A stretch of 63,850 bases of DNA, counting the filler, from Folioceros fuciformis (lineage: Eukaryota), in the NCBI GenBank assembly GCA_049999805.1. It is 12 parts of 12 records of this genome, joined end to end, with 100 filler letters (N's around TTAATTAATTAA, not from the genome) between each part and the next. Parts side by side here need not be neighbours in the genome. Positions count along the whole stretch, not along the records: positions 47,724 to 49,268 come from JBNGIO010004902.1; positions 49,369 to 53,371 come from JBNGIO010004903.1; positions 53,472 to 59,367 come from JBNGIO010004904.1; 9 more parts are not named here. One strand, written 5' to 3'. Positions 48,460 through 59,467 of the stretch are shown here, one piece after another. The notes under the pieces were generated by a model. The model did not search any database. It was not told where the DNA came from and saw only the letters and a program-made list of their open reading frames with translations. How positions within the stretch are numbered: position 1 is the first letter of the stretch; every line of letters starts with the position of its first letter. The position numbers were made by a program, and so were the translations under genes.

Positions 48460-49268
48460 TGAGCAACAACAAATATCGCAGAATACAGTTTCTTTATTAG
48501 GTAGTGTTTCCTTATATAATGAACAAGCCGACAGTTGGCCGTTGAATAACTTCTAACTACCTAATTAATTATAATTAACTATTATCTATTAACGAGAAGA
48601 AAACATAGCCATCCTTTCACTCCCTCTGTTTTCGATACATTAGGTTAGACTAAATAGTTAACTACAACTTCGAAAAAAAACTTGTCGTGCATTTTTTCGC
48701 CTTCGCGCGTGCTGAATGTAGCCGTACCGCCCAGTTCTCATACACTCTCTGCGGGTGATTCACAGTGCATGCACACCGAGTGCACTTCGGAATTTGCAAT
48801 GTTTCTGTTTCGACAGTGGCTTTGTCAAGGCGCCTGCAGGATTGTCATCTGTCGGCACATAGTGAAGATGCACCTCTCTGAGCTCCACCAGCTGCCTGAT
48901 GAAATGGAACTTCAGCTCGATATGCTTTGTTCTGGCATAGAAGATGGGGCTTTGCGTGAGCGCTATGGCGGATTGCGAATCCGAGCACAGCTTCGTTGGT
49001 TTGTCATAACCCATCTCGATGCCTTCCGCAAACCTGCGCTGACACACAATTTCTTTTGCTGCTTCTGTGTAGGCGGCATACTCCGCCTCTGCGGATGACA
49101 GGCGCACTGTTGGTAACTTCTTGCTACTCCACGATATAGCTGCACCTGCAGCTAGCAGTACATATGCTGCCATCGACTTTCTGCTTTCTCTGTCCTCGGC
49201 CCAGTCACTGTCTGAGAAGGCCATGAGCTCCAGCGTTGGGGATTCCAGCTTGCCATCTCCAACATACA
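48460..49268 (-). mobile_element. Copia RNase H, PPT and short 3' LTR (about 48460-48619), nested in the RT fragment above
   Basis: SDSDWA, AEAEY, SDSQSA, RTKHI; PPT CAGAGGGAG followed by TGAAAGG. Confidence 0.8.
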
Positions 49269-49368
49269 NNNNNNNNNNNNNNNNNNNNNNNNNNNNNNNN
49301 NNNNNNNNNNNNTTAATTAATTAANNNNNNNNNNNNNNNNNNNNNNNNNNNNNNNNNNNNNNNNNNNN

Positions 49369-51502
49369 AGATGAAAGTTTTGCATGCTCAATGGGTTGTC
49401 AGGGCAGCGGATCCGACATACTACCCTTGGAAGAGTCTGCTAACATAGTACTTGGACGGCACCCAAGCTGTCCCCAGGGGTAGGAGGTCTATGGACAACA
49501 TTCTGGCTGACAAACCGCTGCTGGATACTACAGGATGCTCCCCGCTCTTTAAGTCCATCTGGAATAGTTACTTGGAGGTCAAACATTATCTTATCCCGGG
49601 CACTTTCTCTCATTTGGATGATGTTCTGGGCATTCCTTTGCAGGGCTTCTCAAGATTATGTTAGAAATCAAGCTCTAACTGAATTGTTATTAAGAGCATA
49701 CAACACTTAGGATAGTGTAGATTATCCCATATTGAACTCGTAGTTATCTATCACCTAAGTGTTATCAGGATATATCAAGATATACTAGGATATTGCACCC
49801 TCGAGACTAAGGCTTACCTTATCGAGGGTTGCCCCGCCTGAATGCTATATATGTAGCATCCTGTGCATCATAAGTAAGGAACTGTGGAGTCCTTCTTGGC
49901 CTGTGGTGCTATTTCAACAGGTTATGGGTACGGGAGTTCAGGCCAAAGGTTTATCGGTCACAAATTTTTGGGCTGGTCTGTCACAAAGGCGTTATCCAGC
50001 TTGGGCATTTATGGAATAGATCAGAGTCCCGCTAGAAGGAGGTGGAAAAGGTCAGAAGGGAGTTTGGCGTAGGGGCCCGGCACGTCAGACTCTTATTCTC
50101 GTGGTTGCACGAGGGGCTAGAGGAAAAGGTACATTAGATCCTAAGGCAACAACCTACCATAGGCGAGGAAGGGTGGTTTGCTTACTCCATGGATAGTAGG
50201 GGAGTCAACTCGGAGGAGGAGGATGAACAGGACGAAGCATAAGAGCTAGACAGGGCGATTTGGCTTGCGAGAGCTGACGGCAAAGAGACGTTGAAGTCGT
50301 TCAAGGTCTTGTCGCCTAACGGCTCTTTGGAAGTGCAAGGTAGGGACAACGGTGAAGGCCGAGGGGGGGAAATGCGAACTATTACTGTAATCTGTTGGTC
50401 CGTTCGGGCAGGGCGGTGGTACACGTTTAGCGAACGCCCAATTGGGCCACGAACCTCTGATAAAGCAAAGGTTCTATGCTGGTTCTGATTGGGTGAAAAC
50501 TAGGCTCTGACCTTCAGACCAGATCTCTACAGGTGGCCCAAGCGTCCGGGGTGCAAGAAGGCTACTTCTCGATCTTTCTTCAACTCCCCAACGGCGGACC
50601 TCTTCCTTTGGTTGGTGCGAGCGCAGAAAATCAAACAAAGACAAGCAATGGCTCCCCGCCTGAGGTTAACTGGACGGCGCCAAAAGGAAGCCATCAAGCT
50701 CCTATGGCACTCCGCAGGAGTCCCTCCCAAGGTCTACAGTTTGGTGTTCTTTCAAGCATGTTTGCCTAATGCAGATCGTTGGGATGGGCTTCTTACTGCA
50801 ACGGGGGAGGACGTGTGTCGATTGTGCACCGATGGTGCCCCGAACAAGAGTCAACACATGTTCTTTCACTGCTGTTTTGCCCAAGAGATTTGGGGGGAGG
50901 TGAATAGGTGGCTTCAATTGATTTTTCCTGGAGCTAACCTCAAGATCATGAGTCAATCAGCCTTATTTGGGCTGGACGCAGCCTAGGGCAAACCTCTCCT
51001 AAAGACCCAATGGTGGGGCTTACTGTGGTCCTCTTGTCTTTTCTATCTCTGGGTCAATTGGTCCGCGGTGGTTTATGGAGGATAGGAGTCAGCTTCAGTG
51101 AAAGCTCTGTTATGGCGCATATGGGAGCATTTATTGATTGCAGCAGAAGCCTTGGAGCAATCAAGCCGGAAGCAATTTAAGCGGAAAGACTGGAGGATGG
51201 CCGGCTTCCTTTCGCTTGGGAAAGATACGGGTTGGAATCACTCGTGCCCCTGGGGAAGGTGAGTCTTTAGGGTCTTTGAGAGACTTTGAAGGGTGTGTAT
51301 CAGTGTTTTAGGTAGGCGGCGGGTACCATAGTGTAAGGGAGCACTCTCTGTACGCCTTGTCTTGAGCTTTGGTCTTAAGGCTAGTCCTCCCCCCTCTCTT
51401 TTGGTGCTTGATATATGTCCATTCATTAGCAGGGGGTTCCCATTGCATTGTAAGTGGGACGAGTCTTCCACTTATAATCAGAATTATTTTCTTCGTGAAA
51501 AA
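49369..51502 (+). mobile_element. L1 LINE ORF2 3' region and 3' UTR
   Basis: QWVVRA...PWK, CRLC......SQHMFFHCCFAQEIW; ends near a short A-run at about 51500. Confidence 0.85.
49659..49919. repeat. Solo LTR (261 bp) inserted in the LINE
   Basis: TGTTAGAAAT...ATTTCAACA; flanks GATTA/GGTTA. Removing it restores QGFSRLWVREF, collinear with the 36.2-kb LINE copy. Confidence 0.88.
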
Positions 51503-52820
51503 CCTGTGCCGACTTCTTCTTTGGTGCACGCACTGTATGTGCTTCAGGAGCTACAGCAGCACCTTCCTTCCTAGGCTCTCCGGCCTTCTTCTTGCGGCAA
51601 TCACGGGCCCAATGGCCAAGTATTCCACACTAGTTGCAGTTTCCTGCTCACATCTGACTGCTTGAGCTCTGTCCAGGTCCGCTTGACCTTCCTTCTCGAC
51701 TTGCATTCCATGAACCCCCTCTGCCTTGCTTAAAGGGTTTTCCCCTACCGTCAAACAGGGCTTGCTGACCCTGTGTCTGCTGTCTTCCAGATTTGGAGGA
51801 CAACCTCGTGGCTTCCTCCTGCAGCATAGCACCAACAACACCGTTAAATGTCATGGGATCTAAGTCTATCTTCAAGGCTTTTGAGATTCTGGCTTCGACC
51901 TTTGCCATAGCCTACTGGCCAGTAACAAACTGCCCAAAACTTGGAGGTCATGAGCTTAGCAGTCTGCATGCTGCTTCACAGTCAGTGACTTTAATGCTTG
52001 TGGAGCTCTGCACTACGAAATCTAGCAATGTAGTGCTCAACTAACTCTCCCTCTGTCATCCGCAGGCCATGGTACCTTGCAGAGGCGGACATGGACGTGG
52101 CCATGTCGTGGGAGGCGAACATCCTTGCCAAATGATCCCACATGTCCTTGGCTAAGGCCCCTGGGCCATCGGAAGCCTAACGTAGCATCTCTGGAGCCAG
52201 GCCTGACCTGATGAGGTTCCTGGCTTTGATGTCTGCAATGCTCCACACTGGGAAGTCAGATGAGGTTACTTCAGGCTTTGGAGATGTAGCCTGACCTAAT
52301 GAGGTTCCTGGCTTTGATGTCTGCAATGCTCCACACTGGGAAGTCAGCTGAGGTTACTTCAGGCTTTGGAGATGTAGCTTGACCTAATGAGGTTCCTGGC
52401 TTTAATGTCTGCAATGCTCCACACTGGGAAGTCAGCTGAGGTTACTTCAGGCTTTGGTACATCTCCTCTTACCATGCCCCATAGGTTTTTCTCTTCAAGA
52501 GTTCCTTGCATTCGTATAACCCATGTGTCATATTCATTGCCTGTGACCAAACAGTCCTTCTCTTTAAAACCACCGCTGGTCATTGACTGCAGAGTAGCAA
52601 GCATTTCGTCCCTTGCTTTATCGTCTTCATCCATGTTGAAGTTTCTAAAGAACCGGTAATTCTCGTGTGAGAGTTTTGTGTTCACCGATGCACGGTCAAG
52701 ATCCACATCAACTTGTGTGTTCAAGTCATCATCTTCATCACTAAACTCAAAGAGTCCAACTTCCTGCGCAAGCTTCCTCAGCAATTCAGGTGTAGTATAT
52801 AAGCTCTCCTGCTCACTCAT
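51503..52820 (-). mobile_element. Degenerate copia gag with an internal 88-bp triplication (52201-52458)
   Basis: FKEKD...W.IRMQG.L....LW.MV.G..PKP; knuckle remnant CE...HG..DC at about 51600-51650. Confidence 0.85.
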
Positions 52821-52823
52821 AAA

Positions 52824-53357
52824 TCAACAGCTCTCAACATGAGCTGAGTCGACTTGCCTTGACTGACACACTGCACAGGTTGGACGATACTGCCTGGACT
52901 GACTTGTCTGAGTGGCTCTCTCATTTTCCTGCAACTGTGGCTTCATGAGTACAAAGATTTTCAGGTCTATCTGTTTAAGGTGTTCTTCTAACCTAGCAAT
53001 GTTGTATGTCAGGGAATCCAAGATGGTGAGGATGTGTTGTGTACGACACAAGGCTGTGCTATTAATGTTGTCCAGACGATGGGTTAAATTCTCAACTGCA
53101 GCAGTGAGAGACTCTCCAGTTTCTATTATATATGGCTGAAACTGCTGTCGTGACTCGGGTTCCCTCTGCCTGCCTAGCATAGACTTATGGTAAGCATGAA
53201 TGCTTGGATTAGACGTAGCTAGGTTAGGAATACGCTCATACTGCTGATGATTAACAGACCTCCTACTTCTAGGCAATGGGAAGTTTGAGATTTCGTAAGG
53301 TGGGACGGGATGTATAGTCCTTTACTGATTGCCTCCATTGTAGCGACATTGAGCCAT
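52824..53357 (-). CDS. Extra sense ORF upstream of gag (coiled-coil-like, CAVC near the end); one early stop
   Basis: ATG 53357, TAA 53324, then open to TGA 52824, which is 3 nt before the gag ATG. Confidence 0.5.
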
Positions 53358-53471
53358 TCTAAGGGACAGGANNNNNNNNNNNNNNNNNNNNNNNNNNNNN
53401 NNNNNNNNNNNNNNNTTAATTAATTAANNNNNNNNNNNNNNNNNNNNNNNNNNNNNNNNNNNNNNNNNNNN

Positions 53472-54266
53472 GGCTGGCAGCCTGCTCGCGACCAGGGGTG
53501 GCCTGCCAGCCTGGCAACCCCCTGTCCGGGGGGTTGGTAGCCTGCCCGCGACCCGGGGTGGCCTACCGGCCTGGCAACCCCCCGTCCGGGGGGCCTAAGG
53601 CCTGGCACCCTCCTTTCCGGGGTGGCCTGTGCTGAGCGCCCGTGCCCCGGCGCTACTCACTGCCGGGGTCTGCCCGCTCCCCGCAGGTTGGCCAAGTCCT
53701 GATCGCGCCCCGGCTGGCCCTGCGTCCTGTGTGCCTCTCCACTTGTGCTCCCGCGGACTAGGGCACACCCTGCGGGATGGCAGCACCTTGGTGCACTGCG
53801 TCCCTTTTGTGCCCGTGGTCGGGTCTCCGACTGCGGCTCTTGCTCCGCACTACTAAGGGGGTTGGTGACCCTTGCACCCAGCAGCGTGCTCACTCCCAAG
53901 CCAACTTGTGCACCTTGTTCGCAGTAACCCGAGCCATCACCCTTGCTCCACAATCCAAGCTCTGATACCACTTGTAGGATCGCTCTAGGAGCTACATGGT
54001 GAAGGAGAGGAGAGGAGGAGGCAAGGAGGAGGAGAAAGAGAGGTCACACTCTCACAATAGAGTCTCTCAATAGCAAGAGAGCTCAAGGGGATATTTATAC
54101 CCTCTAGAAGAGCTCTCTAGGAAGCTTCACAAGAAGCGCGCAGGAAGCTGCGCAAGAAGCTTCCTATAGATTAGCTTAAGCTAATCTAAACTAATGATAC
54201 TTAACTAGACACTAATCTTAGACTAAACACATTAGTCTTAGCACATTGGGCTTTAATAACCCTACA
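53472..54266 (-). mobile_element. Copia family B 5' LTR (53973-54266), PBS-Met (53959-53970) and GC-rich leader
   Basis: TGTAGG...CCTACA; TGGTATCAGAGC. Confidence 0.9.
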
Positions 54267-57200
54267 TGTGGAACCCTAAGTCGGGCGTGTGAGGGCAAGT
54301 TGTGGCCTCGGGAGCGTGCGAAAGGGGGTTGGGCATAGGCGTGTGGGTGGCATGCTTAGACTTGCCATGGCCTGGCCCAAGTGCGCCATGGGGCTAAGGA
54401 TCCTAAGAGCAGGCAGCTAGATAGGCCAGGAGCAGGGCCAGGCTTGGTCGGATCCTGGTCGGCAGGCAGGCAGCTAGTATGCCGGCAGATGGCGGGTGAT
54501 GGCCAGCTGAGGGGTCTTGCGGCCTATGGGAAAGCAACAGCAGTAGGCTAGCGGACCAGCTGCAGGTGGACCAGCCATGACGGCCCAACTAGCCGGCGGG
54601 CGAGTCTGAGGTGGATTAAGGGGCTGGCTGGGTGGAATCCAGGCAACGGCCTAGCTGGCTGTCGTAGCCAGGTAGTCGCCTGGCCTGCTGGCAGCGAGAT
54701 GGACCAAGATGGCAGGCAGCAAACAGTAGTGGGGCTGGCAGGCTGGCCGACTCTAGAGCCGGGCTGGCTGTGGCTAGTCCAGCCCGGTGTGGCTAGGCCA
54801 AGCAGGCTGGTTGCTGGCGGATCCGGGGAGGCCTAATCCAGGCCAGGCCCGGCTACTGGGGATCAGGTAGGCTCGCTGGCGATGGCAGCTACGGGCAAGC
54901 ACATGCGTTCGGCGGGCGGACCAGAGCCGGTCAGGTGGGGCTGGGCTGGATCCAACAGGCAAGAGCGGATCAGCCAGGGGCGGCGCTGGATCCGCCCGTG
55001 CTGGGTGGCCGATCTAGGGGCCAAGCGGGGAGCTGGCTAGCAGGGGAGGCCCCAGTTGGGGGCAGGTGCTCTGGCGGAGGCAGGCCGAAGCGGATCAGGC
55101 CCATGTGGCGGCTGGCCAGGTCGAGCTGCTAGTAGGCAGGCCGACTGGCTTGCAGAAGCTGGCCCGGGGCAACTTGAGCCAGGCAGGCAAGCAGTCGCTG
55201 CAAGCGGGCAGACCCGATCAGGCAGTTAGGCCGGGCAGGCTGGTTGCCTGGCCGGATCTGGAGGGCAGAGGTCAGCTAGCGGCAGTCGGATCCGAGCTAG
55301 GTGGGTAGAGACTAGATTGATGGGCTCCAAGAGTTGGCTGGATCCAGGCGGACAGGTGATCGCAGCGCCGGGTGGACAAGGTTGTTGGCTGGCGTGCGAG
55401 TCTGGATCAAGGCAGGAGGCCGGCGTGCGGCCTCTGTGCGGGCGGTCTGGCTAGTGTTGAAGGCTGGCTGTACGGGTGTTAAGAGACCTATCAGGTCTTA
55501 GTAACCACGTCATTAGGGTTTGGAATATATTTAAGTTAATTAGCCCTAATATGAAAAGACATTTTATTATTATGTATTTAAGACATTTGTTCATTGTAAT
55601 GTATTATTCTTTTGCCTATCATCTTTTATATATTTTTCTAGCTCTCCGCTCTAGAAAATCTAACAACGGGAGGTGGGGCTCTAGACGGCTAGGGCTGAAT
55701 TCAGAAGCAGGCTAGCTGGCCGGAATCCTACAAGGAGTCAGGCATGCAGGCAGGTTGGCCAGATCCAGGCCAAGAGGCTGGAGGTGAATTTGGGGCGGAG
55801 CAAGGACGATGCCTTGCCGGATCACCAGGCGACCGCTGGCTAGCTGCAGTAGCAGACCCGCAACAGGTTGGCTAGGCCGCGGCTAGGCAACCAAGCGGGG
55901 CAGGCCTGCCAGTCGACTCCGGTCAGCTGGCTAGCTGGCCAAATGCAAAAGGTAGGCAAGCAGGCTAGTTGGCAGCGAATCTAAGTCTGGCATGGATTGC
56001 GTTCGGCAGGGGCTGGCTGGTTGGCAGCGAATCTAAGTCTGGCATGGATTGCGTTTGGCAGGCTGGCTGGTTGGCAGCGAATCTAAGTTTGGCCTGGATT
56101 GCGTTCGGTAGGCTGGACCGCGATGGTTGGTTGGCCGGATTTGGCCAGGCATCTAGTAGGCGGGGCACAAGCAGCCTTTGGGCAAGCGGCCTGGCTGCTA
56201 GGCTAGCCGGTTTGGCCGAAAGATCCGGAAGGTTGGAGGCAAGCCGTCGGGGCCATATCGGGAGGCCAACAAGCGGCCTAGCGGCAGTCGGAGCCAGGCC
56301 AGGTGGGTAGTGATCGGATGGTGGCAGGCCAGAGTGGATCAGGCGAGGTGTGGGTAGGAGGAGGCTGGATTGCCAAGGTGGGCAGTGGCCGGTCCAATCA
56401 GGATCCATGCCGCGCAGCCTAGCAAGTGGTGGGATCCGGACTAGCTGACCAGGCGAGCTAGGTCGCAGCTAGCGAGTGAGCAGGTTGGATCGAGATTGGC
56501 AGATCCACATGCTGGCTGGGGCACGGCTGGCAGACCAATCGGGGCAAGACGCATCTCTTGTGACTCTGGCGGAAGCATGGGCTGGATCGGGGTGGAACAG
56601 CAACTGGGTCATAGTAGGGAGGAGGACGGCTGGAACTAGCACCCCCTCAGGATTTGTGGTTGGATTGCGGGGGACCAGCTCTTGGCTCCGAACGACGGGT
56701 AATAGGCATGGGTTGAATCCAAGCAGCTACTAGGAGGGCGTTTCTCAACGGGATGAGCGAAGCAGGGCAGTTGGGGGAAGGGTTGTGAGAAGGATCAATG
56801 TTGCTGTGGAGCTTTGGAACAATCAACCTGGGGGCAGCTCTGAATGCACTCATGAGCCCTGCGTCGCAACCCCTCCAACTGAATTGGAGCCAGGAGCGAT
56901 GCACCTCTCATGAGGACACCCAGAGGGCATAATTAGCAGTTGGCTTTTCGTCCACGAGCAGCACGTCTGGCTGCTCGCAGGCAGAAAGTCCAATACAGAC
57001 ATGCTGCTTACGGTGGGAAGCCTAGTGATAATTATGTTGGCAGGAGATGGTGGGATGTCACTTTCAGGTGCCATGTTTTCAGGTGCCATGGTTACAAGGT
57101 CACCCCTCAAGGGCATCAGATGGGTAGCTAGGCTGGACCATGGAGCCTCCTTGGCCAACAGGATGGGGACTAGAGGACCGGAAGAAGGTGGAGGTTCTGA

Positions 57201-58343
57201 AGGGTTGCAAGATGATATGAGGGAGAGGAGAGTGATGAGAGGCACTCACGAATTTTGGTAGTTTTGAGAGGCTGGTTATTTTTGATAGGGTCAACTAGTG
57301 GTGTCAAATGGGGCACAACCCCTCTTAGGTCGGGGTTAGGATTAGGTCGGATTAAGGTTAGGTGAGAGTTAGGGTTAGGATTAGGTTGGAGTTAGGTTTA
57401 GGGTTTTTACGAGTGGAGAGTTCGGTCTGAGGCATACTGACCTGGTTAGGTAGTGATAGGGGGTTCTTGGCCAAGGTAGTATAAGAGGCCAGACCCCTTA
57501 TTGAGAGGGTTTTTTTTGGTGAAGAGTGCACTTGACCTTGTGTGTAGGCCTCTAGGTTAGAGGGTTAACCCAGTGTGCACATGCGCCTCGGCCTTGATTC
57601 CCCATGCCACTAGGGGGACTTGGCAGCTCCCAAAATTGCTGAGATCTGGGAGGCTGGGAGATCTGAGATCCGCAAGGGCTGACTTTTCTTGCATGCTGGT
57701 TGGGTGGTTAGAGTACCTTGACATCCCTAAAGGGTTTCCAAGGTGACGGGTTGCAGGGCTTTGAGCCGAGGAGGCTATCCAGCCTGGGTCTGCACATCCC
57801 TGCCTTAAGGACTGCAAGTGAGGGGCTATTGTGTTCCAAAATCCAGGAGTGAGACGTGAGGGTGAAGGGCTGAAGAGTTGAAGTGCTGGAGTAGAGATTT
57901 GAAGTGTTGGAGTAGGGACTTGAGGTGCTAGAGTTTGGAGTTGTTGTGCTGGGGTGAGGAGCTTAGGTGCTGAAGTTCTCAATCAGCTGCTGAGGTGGCT
58001 GGCATGTAGGGCTGAGAGTGGAGGTCGAGGCCAGGGTTGGGCCCTCCTCTCAACTGCTGAGGTGGCTGATACCCGGAGTTGGAAGTGGGAGCTGAAGATG
58101 ATGCTCAGTCCTCATTCAACTGGGGTTGTAGTTGGTGTTGAAGACACGGTTCTGATCTTTTTCCTGTAGTGTGGTTAGGTCTAGGAGCCAGTTGATAGAT
58201 AGGATCAGATTAGGGTAGTGTGGGGGAGATTGTGGGGGACCTTGACACTAGTTCACTCCCTTGGGAGCGAATCCTATTACTACGACGATAATAAGGGGGA
58301 AGTGTGGCCCTTAGTGGTTCTTGGGTGTAAGTTCCACTCCACA
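54267..58343. repeat. GC-rich, GGCTGG/CTAG-rich repetitive tract ending in a family C LTR-like terminus
   Basis: ~51-bp unit x3 at 55968-56116; 21-bp units at about 57880-57950; terminus ...CACTCCACA at 58343. Confidence 0.5.
55477..55665. repeat. Solo LTR (189 bp) with a perfect 5-bp TSD
   Basis: ACGGG|TGTTAAGA...TCTAACA|ACGGG; AT-rich island in GC-rich DNA. Confidence 0.92.
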
Positions 58344-59250
58344 GGTCCTTCGGCTTATTCCTACCTTCCGCTTCCTGCTGGTCGAGGTTTCCTCCTCTGG
58401 GCTCTCTGTGCCCCCCGACTCCCAACTGCTGGAGTCGACTTCCTTCGACTCCTCTGGCTTCCACTTCACTTCCCTAACCGGCTTCCACATGTGCAGCAAG
58501 GCAATCACTTCAATCTCAGGCAGAAGGTTAGTATGGCAATACAGATGAATAAGGAACGGGGAGATCATCAACGGCCCGGGAGAGGAGGAGGCCAGGTTTT
58601 GCCTCTCCTCATCAGCCTGTCATACATGATTCTTCCCCAATCGACCCGACTGCCTTTAACCACTTTGTGTAAAAACAGGAGCATCTGGTTAGAGAGGTAG
58701 TCTTGCTTTCGATTCTACAGGAAGCATAGGAGCCACCTCGCAAGGCCCATCAGATGGGCAGTCGCCATCTCCCTTGCCAACCATCCGTTGGCCTCTCGCC
58801 CGATTCCGGCCTTGAACAACGCCACCGTGGCTGTTGCAGTGCTGCGCTTCTTCAGCGACTCGAGGACAAGTCCTCCTTCCTCCTCTTGGCTGCGGCCATA
58901 CACCTTCCGCACCAGCTCCACGCTCCAGTCTTGTGGGTTCCCTCAGATTCCCTCCTCCTTTGCTAGGTCCCTCAGCCGCTGACCACACTCCTGCACCAGG
59001 CCAGGAGTTGTGTGGTTCCAGCGTTGGGCCATGAACCCAAGGCCTAGCCCTTCCACCAGCCTTCCGGCTCTGACCCACCAGTGCTACATGTTCAGCCGGA
59101 AGGCGACCTCTTCCCGCAACACGGGAGCTTGCTCCTCCTCACACCTACCAACCCCAGTTGCGCCTTGACTCTCTCCCGCTTCATCTCACCGTGTCTCCTC
59201 TTCGCTCTGCCTGACTCCGCTAGGTTGGTCGACCTCTACGTCGTCCCTGT
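58344..59250 (-). pseudogene. Second copy of the VDWG/ISPFL accessory-type ORF
   Basis: LFLHKVVKGSRVDWGRIMYDRL (frameshift) PLMISPFLIHLYCHTNLLPEIEVIALLHMWKPVREVK. Confidence 0.6.
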
Positions 59251-59467
59251 CTTGCTCAGCGGCTGTCGCGCCTGCCCATTCCTCACCGAGGTTACACTCT
59301 CCGCTCACATCTCGTCCACAACTTCCACTCCCCGACTCCTCAATTGCGCTCCTTTTTTGAAATCGCANNNNNNNNNNNNNNNNNNNNNNNNNNNNNNNNN
59401 NNNNNNNNNNNTTAATTAATTAANNNNNNNNNNNNNNNNNNNNNNNNNNNNNNNNNNNNNNNNNNNN

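Noticed and set aside
54400-57982. Many 60-150 aa ORFs in the GC-rich tract (and at 63080-63846)
   Set aside because: Low-complexity translations of repetitive, strand-biased DNA.
54267-58343. A 4-kb solo LTR bounded by TGTGGA...TCCACA
   Set aside because: No matching TSD, and the left end coincides with the family B insertion site.
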